From Basidiobolus meristosporus CBS 931.73 (taxonomy: Eukaryota; Fungi; Basidiobolomycota): DNA of 47,092 nucleotides. The stretch is taken from NCBI GenBank assembly GCA_002104905.1, contig MCFE01000676.1, positions 1 to 47,092 on the forward strand, given 5' to 3'. Under the pieces are notes generated by a model that saw only the letters and a program-made list of their open reading frames with translations, searched no databases and was not told where the DNA came from. Position 1 is the first letter of the stretch; every line of letters starts with the position of its first letter. Below are positions 34,601-44,099 of the stretch, piece by piece. A program made the position numbers and the translations under genes.

Positions 34601-36563
34601 GTGGTAGGCTTACAAGCTCATCTGGAAACACGTCCAAATATTTCTTCAAGAGAGTCTGGACCTGCTGGGGTGCTGGGGTAGCAGAATCCTCCTGTAATAT
34701 AGCCATGAGGAACATCTTGGTACCTTTTCTAAGTGCTCTACAGAACTGGGTCTTGCTAAGTTCACTTGTCTCACACACACTGGAATTGACCAAGTTGAAA
34801 TCCAGCCTGGCAGGTAATAGCTCATAGGTCTTGTTGTCTTTTTGGATCTGAGTAGCATGGGTTCTCCAGTTGATTGTTGGATCACAACAAAATAGCCAGG
34901 TTTTTCCAAGTACAAGGTCAAACTTGCAGTTCCCAAATATATAAGCCTGTAGGTCTTCTTCATAGTCATTGATCTTCATTCTTACTGGCTGGGTAATACG
35001 GTTGATTATGTGAGAGTTCCCATCAGCTGTGAAGACTGAAATTGATTTGGCAGGTTCTGAGTTGATTCCAGCTTTCAAGGCAAATTGCTCTGACATGTAT
35101 TCATGCAATGCTCCTGAGTCAATCATGATCTTGGCAGGTACTCCATTGATTACTCCACTCAAGTATAATAGCTTTCCTGAGTTTGAGGTCATCTGGGATA
35201 GGTATTCTTCTGTCATGTGGAAGGTGAGTTCTGAGTCTTCTTCAAGTTCATCCTTCATGTTACTATGCTCCATGGCCTCAATACGGTTAAAGGTTCTTGA
35301 TGGCTGGTGTCCATTTCTTCTCTGAGGGCAGTACTTTGCAATATGTCCTTGCTGGTGGCAATTGAAGCAAAGTCCTTTCTTCTTACATTCTTCCAAGGCA
35401 GGATTCTTCTGCATAGCATCTATTTCCATTGGTACTGCTTCTGACTGTCTTCTTTCATTATGATTGTAGCCTTTCTGATTAGTCACTGTAGGCTTCCCAA
35501 CTCCAAACATAGCTGAGTCATAGTCAATGGCAATCTTGATGGCTTCTTCAATAGTCTGAGGTCTTTGGTAATTCACTTCCTTGCAAGTTGTTTCTTTCAA
35601 CCCATCAATAAAGTATTCAACTTGATCCAATGGGTCCATTCTTTCAATTTGTCCAAGTAGACATCTGTACTCATAGATGTATTCTTGCACCATTCCTTTC
35701 TGTCTGAGTGTCTTTAACTTCCTTCTTAGTAGTGTCTGCTGGTGTGGAGGTTCAAAAGCATCCTGAATTTTGGACACAAACTCATCCCAGGTAGCAATTG
35801 TAGAGCATCCCATCATAGTGGCCAACCTGATCTTGTTGTGGTACCACTGTAAAGCTGCATCTGCCAGGTAAGAAGCTGCATAATGCAACTTGCTTTCTGG
35901 AGAAATTCCTTTAGCTTTAAAAGCTTCTTCAATCTGAAAGAGCCAAGTTCCCAGGTTTTCATTGACTCTGCCATGGTACCGGCTGACATTCACACTAAAG
36001 TTGTTCTTAACAGGGCTTTGCTGGTTCTGAGCCATGGTAGTCATTCCTTGTTGCTGTTGGCTGAGGATCTGGAGTAACTGTTGCTGTTGGGCCAGGATTT
36101 GCTGCATGGCATTCTTCCATTCTTGATTGTCTGACATCTTGAGGGTGGTTTCTTCTTTCTTCAGGAGGGAGGTTTCTGGTTATTGCTGCTACCAATGTTA
36201 CAAGTCTTGGTATAAGAGTTGTAGAGGAATAGGGAGTTTAGCTAGTATTGTATTCACTAAAACTTGAACTGATTTTTATTGAGGTTCCAGCAGCTCCTTA
36301 TATACATTTTGCCAGATCAATTGCTGACTAATTGTATTTCCTAATGTAGGTTGTGGCTGATGACTCATTTGATTGCATCTTCATTGCCCAATCAGATCCT
36401 ACTTAATATATCTATTTCTGTCTGATAAGGATCTGCTGATTCATTTGCTGACTAATGCTACTGATTTCATATATAATACTGATATACTGATAACTTAAAC
36501 ATATACTAACTGATTTGACTAAAAACTGATCTAACTTAAACATTCAAGCGGCAGATCATAACA
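31628..36563 (-). mobile_element. Ty3/gypsy retrotransposon B, full length, inactivated
   Basis: LTRs 31628-31995 and 36196-36563 (6 mismatches by eye), 4-bp TSD AGCC, PBS with a C-to-T change, PPT. Confidence 0.97.
32006..36137 (-). pseudogene. gag-pol: Gag-Pol pseudogene of gypsy B
   Basis: Collinear with A; nonsense codons at 34452, 33858 and 33243; 1-bp deletion near 32565; protease motif DSGAS changed to DSGAL. Confidence 0.96.
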
Positions 36564-37500
36564 AGCCAAAGCTTACTCAACAATTCTGAACTAGTCTTAG
36601 TCACTGTATGGGACATTTATAGCCCTAACTTTACCACTTACTTTAAGATCTAGGATCTTATGATTATTCCACTATATTCAATATCAAATTAGCACTTTAA
36701 CCAAACATCATTTAATAGCCCTGAAGCTGTCACAGTATGCTCCTGAATGTTGAAAACTCTCCTGACTAAGTGTTAAAGTGGCATTACTACCACAGAGGTA
36801 CAAGTTATAAGCTTGGATAATAATAAGCAATTGTTCCTTAATTAACATTATTGGCTAATAAGTTCCTTGTAACCCAATATCTCTTAAATGGCATATGGCT
36901 CAAGGAAGCTTGCAAAGTACTGCTCAACTGCTTGTTTGACTCAACAGGCTACTGCTCTTTATACTTCACAGCAAAATGGAATAGCAGAAAAAAAACAAAC
37001 TAATAGTAGAGATGGCAAGATCTAAGCTACACTAAAACAATTGGACTACAAATTTAGGACCAAACTTGTTGGAACACTGCTCTGCATTGAAAGTAGATAC
37101 CCAACAACAGCACTATATAAATTCACATTCTTTGAGGCATATAGAGGCAAATATTCAAACCTTCAGCACGTGAGGATCTTCAGTAGTGATGTTTTCTATC
37201 ACATCCCTGAAAAAAAGCTCTTTGAGATGGAAGCAGAAAGTGGAAAAGGATCCTTCCTTTGCAATTGTAAAGTTACCAAAGGGTAGAGTGTGTATCATGG
37301 CAAGGTTCAGAAGCTGACTAAGAGCAGGGATATCAAAAAGCCATTCAGGTCATTTGCCAGCTGCCTGATGATGCTATCACCACCAAAGAAAAGAGACATA
37401 CCTAATTTACTAGTTATTAAAGAAAATGCTGCAATTTAAGAAGAATCTTTGGTATCTGGCAGGATTTGGTACATATCTTCTTCATTAGTGCTGATTGCAA

Positions 37501-37869
37501 TGTTACAAGTCTTGGTATAAGAGTTGTAGTGGAATAGGGAGTTTAGCTAGTATTGTATTCACTAAAACTTGAACTGATTTTTATTGAGGTTCCAGCAGCT
37601 TCTTATATACATTTTGCCAAATCAATTGCTGACTAATTGTATTTCCTAATGTAGGTTGTGGCTGATGACTCATTTGATTGCATCAACATCACCCAATCAG
37701 ATCCTACTTAATATATCTATTTCTGTCTGATAAGGATGTGCTGATTCATTTGCTGACTAATGCTACTGATTTCATAGATAATACTGATATACTGATAACT
37801 TAAACATATACTAATTGATTTTTACTAAAAACTGATCTAACTTAAACATTCAAGCGGCAGATCATAACA
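37501..37869 (-). mobile_element. Gypsy solo LTR (369 bp)
   Basis: Near-identical to the B left LTR; TSD GCAA/GCAT (one mismatch); the copia-2c sequence resumes on both sides. Confidence 0.95.
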
Positions 37870-40008
37870 GCATCATCAGGCAGCTGGCCAATGATTTCTG
37901 TGGCTTTCTGATCTGAATTCTCCTCAAATACAATGTCCCTGCACTTGATCAGCTTCTGAATTTTGCCATCATACACTCTATACCCTTGAGTATCTTCACA
38001 CTACCCAAGAAAGATCCCTTTGCTACTCTTTGGCTTCAACTTTGAGCTTTTTTTGTGAGGGATGTGATAAAAAACATCACTGCCAAAGATCTTGAGGTGC
38101 TGGAGATCTGATTTTTTGCCTGTATATGCTTCAAAGGGTGTAGAATCAATTAGTGCTGTTGTTGGGCATCTTTTATGATGTATACAGTGGTAGCAACAGA
38201 TTCAGCCCAAAAATTGTAGTCCATTCCCTTATCATGTAGCATAGATCTTCCCATCTCTACAATTGTTGTATTTGCATGTTCTGCTACTACATGTTGCTCT
38301 GGAGTATGAAAAACTGTTGTCTGTTGTAGTATATCAGTAGACCAGCAGTATTTTGCAAACTCCTTTGACCAGTATTCTCCTCCATTGTCACTTTGTAGTA
38401 CCTTCAATTTACACCCAGTTTGAGTTTCTGCCATATTCTTGAAGTGCCTAAACGTCTCTAAAGCTTCATCCTTTATTTTGAGGAGGTACACCCCTGTATA
38501 GCTTGTTATGTCATCAATAAACGTCATAAAGTATCTCTTGGCTCCAAAGGACAGTGTTCTCATGGGGTCACATATGTCTGTGTGTACAATAGCCAATATT
38601 TTGGTGGTATTGATGCCTTCTGAGCTCTTGAAGCATTGCCTAGCTTGTTTGCCATATGAACATCCCTTACAAACATTCAATTTGATTGGAATTGGGTATT
38701 TTAGGCCCAAAAGAAGCTGATTTTTTGCCAATTGGCTCATTTTCTGTTCCCCTACATGTCCTAGCCTCCTATGCCATGTTGCCCAGTTGGTTTCATCAGT
38801 TACAGCAATGTTGACTTACTCAGGTACAATGATCTTGCATTCTAACTTGTATATATTGTGATCTCTGATTCCCAAAGTTGATTTTTGTCCATTCCCACCC
38901 AACATTGCGCGGCTCATCTTAGTAAAACAGATTTCAGTCCCTGAGCAGTTGCCTTACTGACTGAGAGTAGGTTCTTAGCTATTCCAGGTACATAGAGTAC
39001 GTCAGTGAGTCTTGCTGTTGTTGCCCCTGAGGTATTGCTCATATTTAGTTGTATAGACCCACTTTCAGTAGCTTCCAGAGCAGAGTTATCTCCCAGATAA
39101 ACCTTTCTTGCTGGAATAGTCTTTAAGTTGCTGAGCCACTCCTTTATACCACAAATATGCTGTGAGGCCCCAGAGTCAATGTACCATTAATTACTTTGGT
39201 TATTTGCACTCTCTTGTATGGTTACAAATAACTGTTCATCAGTAGTTATATGGTTTGCCTGCTCTAGTTTTTGTTTCTTGTCTGCTTGTTTCTTCTTACA
39301 TTCTCTTGCCCAGTGTCCTAGCTTTTTACAATAGTTGCAGCAACCAGGTTTTCTTTGGTTTTGTTGCTTTCCCTTCTTTTCTGTGTGCCTTTCTGAGCTG
39401 AATAAAGCATTATCTTCAATTTTCTCTGCTTGATCATTATGTCTGAGTCAAATTGTCTTCTCTGCTTTCAAAAAAAAGTATAAGTGGCTCATACCTCTCT
39501 GCTAGGCTGCAAAGCAGACAGAGTATCTTTTCTTCATCATCTATACCAGCATTAATACTGTAAAGTTCTTCTGCAAGTGTCTCCATTTTGGTAATGAGTT
39601 GTAGCATGTCATCATCTGGCTGCTTCCTCAAGTTGAAGAACTTTTGTTTTAAATAAAGCTTGCTTGATACTCACTTTGCTCTAAAGATCTTCTCTACGGA
39701 TTCCCATGCTGCTTTGGCAGTATTTGAGTCATGGATTTGTCCAATGAAGGAATCTTGCACATTGATACATATGGCATTAAAGACCTTTAACTCCTTCTCT
39801 TGAAACTTCTCCACTTCTTCTGCTGTTCCTTTGGGCTCAACATCTTCTCCTGCTTGTATTTTCCAAAGCTTTATTTCCTCAAGGTGGATCTGCATCTTGA
39901 TTCTCCAAAGTCTGTAGTTCTTTCCATGAAACCTCTCCTTTACAGGGAAGATGTTTGTGTTGTTCTGTTTACTGGTAGAAGTCATCTTTAGAATAGATTA
40001 AGGCAATT

Positions 40009-40021
40009 GGGGCTCATAACC
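40009..40021 (-). other. Primer-binding site GGTTATGAGCCCC of copia family 2
   Basis: Identical to the family-1 PBS and abuts the LTR end at 40022. Confidence 0.88.
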
Positions 40022-40389
40022 TGTTACAATTTAACAAGTGATATTCATTTAAGGAACTTATCAAGAAATAGTTATAATAGCTGAACTGTTGTTTATTGTA
40101 AATAAGCTCAGTATTTATACTTTTGTAGAAGTAATACAGCTGTAACACTAAGTAAGGAGGGCTTCTCCATAATCAGGAGCATTCTGTAACAGTTTCAGGG
40201 TCAGTATATAATAGCTAGCATTAGTGCTAATTTGATCCTGACTATAGGGGAATAATCACAAGATCATAGATCTGGAGAAAGTGGCAAAGTTAGAACTGTA
40301 AATTAGTCCCATAGTGGCCAAGACTAGTCCAGAATTCTTAAGTAAGTTTTTAGCAATAGAATGATACCAAATAGTCCAATATTTCAACA
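40022..40389 (-). repeat. Copia-2 5' LTR (368 bp)
   Basis: TGTTGAAA...TGTAACA on the element strand; aligns with 31590-31627 plus 36568-36895, and with 40917-41084. Confidence 0.8.
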
Positions 40390-41084
40390 AATTCTACCAC
40401 CTCCAGATCATAGCAGATTATCCCAGCTAGAAGATCTACCCCAATAGGAAATACTCTTGGATTCTTGTGGCAGATATTCAATGATCATAAAGAAGCTTAT
40501 CTGGCCATATATGTGAGAATTCAGAATCTGGAACATGCAATGCAGAGTCCAGATGCCACTATGTGGCAACAAGGCATGTAGGAGCAGTATCAATTGCTTA
40601 TCAAGGCAAAAATTGGGAACTGACAGATTTGCCAAATGGGAGAAAGCCAATAGTATGTAGATGGGACTAAAAGATCAAGATAACTTCAAATGGTACTCTT
40701 GGTATGCAAAAGGCTACATTGGTAGATAAAGGCTATTGCCAGATCCAGGGACTAAACCATAAGGAAACATTTGCTCTGGTTGCTAGGTTTAATTCTATTT
40801 AATCAGTCTTAGCCCCAGCAGCTGTACACTGTATAGATTTACACCAAATGGATGTCAAAACAGCCTTTCTAATTGGAGATCAGCAGCAAACTATATACAT
40901 GGAGCAACCAGAAAGCTTACAGCATAATCCCGGATGTTGCAAAACCCTCCTTACTTAATGTCACATCTGTATTACTTCTACAATGGTATAAATACTAACT
41001 GCTTTGAGAATAAACAACAGTTCAATTGTTATTACCATTTATTGATAGTTTCCTTATATCCTAATCATTTCTTAAATTGCAGCA

Positions 41085-44000
41085 TAGGAATAGTCAGCAG
41101 GTGAATCAGCAGTATTTTATCAGCCAAAATAGATATATTAAGTAAGAACATGTTTGATGATGATGATTCAATCATATGAGCCATCAGCAACAACCTACAT
41201 TAAGAAATATAAGCTGTCAATAAATGATCTTTCAGTTGTATATCAGCAGCTGCTGGAACCTCAATAAAGATCAATTCAAGTTTTAGTGAAACAATACTAG
41301 CAAAATTCCCTAGTTATCTACAAATCTTATATAATGACTTGTAATGTTGGTGGCAGCATTAACCAGTAACCTCCCTCACAAAGAAAAGATAAGCCTCCCT
41401 TCAGAAGTCTGAAAATCAATTATGGAAGAATTCTGTGCAGCAGATTCTGGCCCAACAGCAATAGTTACACCAGATCCTCAGCCAGTAGCAACAAGGAATG
41501 ACTACCATGGTCCAGAACTGGCAAAGCCCTGTCAAGAGCAATTTTGGTATGAAGGTCAACACTACCATGGTAGAGTCAATAAGATGAAAGATAACAATTG
41601 GAAGCAGCGCCAATGGATATAGATTCTATGCAAGAGAAACCCAGCATTCAAGGAATGCAACAAGAGAGGGCTTTGTTTCAATTACCACCAAAATGTGCAC
41701 ATCTCAAGGTACTGCCCTCAGAGAAGAAATAAGCACCAGTCATCAAGAACCTTCAGCCATATTAGAGCCCAAGAATATTGTGATTTTGCAGATGAGCTTG
41801 AAGAAGGCTCAGAACTCCCCTTCTATACAACAGAAGAATAATTGGAGCACCCATGCCACTCAGATCTAAAAGGACAACCATATCTATCAACTACTACCTG
41901 CAGACTAGACTGCAACTTGATCAATACCAGTTTGCTGACTACAAGTGAACTTGGTAAGACACATTTCTATAAAGCACTTAGGAAAGGTACCCAGATGTTT
42001 CTCATGGCAGCATTGTAGGTTGATTCCTCTACCCTAAAGGAATTCTCAGATGTATTTCCAGAAGAGCTTGTAGCCCTACCACCAACTAGCAATGTGGATC
42101 ATGCCATTGCAACATAAGATAGGCCCAAATGAGCAAGTTACCTTCCAGGATTAGTTTATCAGAGTTGGAATGGATGAAGAGACCAGTAGATCAGCTGTTG
42201 CAGCAAGAATAAAGCAGGCCTAGCAAGTCACCTGGGGGGCACCAGTGCTTCTTGTGAAAAAGAAGGACAGAATACCTTGGCTGTGCATTGATTACAGAGC
42301 CATTTACTCTACTTATGTGAAGAACAAGCATCCGATACATTTTATTGATGAGATTTTGGACCAACTCAATGGAGCCACTATGTTCAGCAATATAGACCTC
42401 ATGTCAGGATATAACCAGATTAGAGTGAAACCATAAGATTTCATCATGACAGCATTCAGGAACAGATATGGGCATCATAAGTATTAAGTCAAGAGTTTTG
42501 GTCTCACCAATGCCCCTGCAACATTCATGACATTGATGCAAAATATATACCAGGAGTACTTGGACATGTTTAAGGTAGCTTACCTAGATGACATATTGAT
42601 GTACAACAAGACAGAAGAGGACCACTTTGTGCCCATTGAAAAGGTCTTAAAGAATCTAAGAGAGAACAAGCTCTATAGCAAGCTAGCAAAGTGTGAGTTC
42701 TTCAAGGAATATGTTTAATATCTGGCACATATAGTGACTAGCACAGGAGTGACCTTAAACCCCAAGAAAGTGGAAGCAAAAAATATCCAAAGCAGCACCA
42801 TAGCATTGCAGAACTCAGATCATTTCTTACAATGGTTTTGCACTACTGGAAGGTTGTCATATCTATTGCAAGTATTGCAGCCCCTTTGGCTGGTATCCTG
42901 ACAAAAGACAACACATTGAAGTGGGACATAGTCTGTGAGACTACCTCTCAGATACTCAAGAAAGAACCTGCCAAGCTGCTTAGCTTAAGAATTTCTGACC
43001 TCAGTACAGAGTTTACTCTTTACTCAGATGGCTAAGATTATGCAGTTAGCAGAGTGCTGAGCCAAGAACATGATGGAAGGGAATACCCACTTGCTTTTGA
43101 TTGATGGAAAATGAACTCAGCAGAGCAAAACTATCCAGCGCATGAGGAGAAGATGCTTGCCATAATACACTGCTCAACAGCTTTGGGATGCTACATTGAG
43201 GAGTCAAGTGCACTGCAAAAACTGATCATGCCTCACTTAAGTATATATCTACTCAGAAGGTACTATCTAGAGGAATGACAAGATGGAGTGAATATATTTA
43301 TCAACTTGACCTGGCAATTGTCTACTCTAGGGAAAATAACATGCTTGCTGAGGCCTTATCCAGAATAGAACAAGTTGCACAATTCAGCTTGATGCATGAA
43401 TTGGATTGGCCCAGCCTATTACCAAAGCGCTTGGAGGACTTAGTTATTCCTAATTAGTTGGATAAAGATATCAAGAAGATTATTAAGGGCCAAGCCAGCA
43501 AATTTGCACTCCAGGATGAAACACCCTTCCAGATTGTTGAATGAAGCCTCATTGCCTATTGCCCCTATGTTGCTTGCCTGGATTCAATGCACAAGCTATG
43601 CAATGAATATGGACATGTTGCTATTGAAGGAACCTATAGCCTTGTAAAAGTAGGAGCATGGTGGCCAAGAATGACGCAGCTACTGAGATCTAGTGAAAAC
43701 ATGTACAAGTTACAAAATTAAACAAGGTTATCATTAGAAAATTGCCAAAATCTTTCCCTCAGAGCCTGTACAACCGTTTGAGCAATGCAGAACTGGCTTC
43801 AAAGGAAGAGTGCTCACTAATAGGAAGTGCAATTGGAGGATTTTAGGAACAATTGACCACGCCACCAATTGGCTGGTGGCTGGAGCTGTACCAGTAGTCA
43901 ATGAGCAAGAAGTTGCAAGTTTCATCAATCATGATATCCTGATAAAGCTTGGATGCCCTGTGGGAATTTTATTGGACAGAGGAGCAGAATTTATGGCAAA

Positions 44001-44099
44001 AACACTGGAAGCCTACCAGGAAATGCAGTCAATCAAACATCTATCAACTTTTGTATTTCACCCTAGAACTAATGGAGTCACTGAGTGGCTCAATGCATA
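41085..44099 (+). pseudogene. Old gypsy copy D (partial 5' LTR to about 41346, PBS, gag-pol with capsid and protease deletions), interrupted by gypsy C
   Basis: 41085-41345 aligns to the reverse complement of the A LTR; QQILAQQQ gag start; RT, RH and IN ORF fragments at 42245, 42527, 43275 and 43810; cut at GVTEWLNA. Confidence 0.9.

Larger units (their letters stand above)
28866..36895 (+). mobile_element. Ty1/copia family 2, element 2a (5'-truncated; 3' LTR split by gypsy B)
   Basis: gag, PR, IN and RT remnants at 28866-31575 (e.g. KIASNGTVDKYNARLVAKGYSQ); PPT GGAGGGGGAG at 31580-31589; LTR pieces 31590-31627 and 36568-about 36895 align with the reverse complement of 40022-40389. Confidence 0.8.
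37427..40389 (-). mobile_element. Ty1/copia family 2, element 2c (5' LTR, gag, PR, IN; RT-RH and most of the 3' LTR deleted)
   Basis: 5' LTR 40022-40389, PBS GGTTATGAGCCCC at 40009-40021, gag ATG at 39985 (FHGKNYRLWRIKMQIHL), integrase ORF 38150-38740; only about 17 nt of the 3' LTR end remain at 37427-37443. Confidence 0.8.
36896..41084 (+). mobile_element. Ty1/copia family 2, element 2b (integrase 36896-37426, RT start 40390-40916, 3' LTR fragment about 40917-41084), interrupted by element 2c
   Basis: QQNGIAE integrase remnant; sequence is continuous across the 37427-40389 insertion when compared with 30360-30450; RT HQMDVKTAFL/YMEQP is fused to the inner part of the copia-2 LTR. Confidence 0.72.

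Noticed and set aside
31628-36563. Classical ascomycete RIP (CpA to TpA) as the cause of decay
   Set aside because: A/B differences centre on CpG, and CA/TG dinucleotides are abundant throughout.
37422-40394. TSD for copia-2c
   Set aside because: Flanks GAAAA and AATTC do not match; nesting is supported only by continuity of the host element.
40935-41084. Apparent 150-bp solo LTR (TGTTGCA...TGCAGCA)
   Set aside because: Alignment to 40022-40389 shows it is the inner-to-3' part of the 368-bp copia-2 LTR fused to RT by deletion; no TSD.
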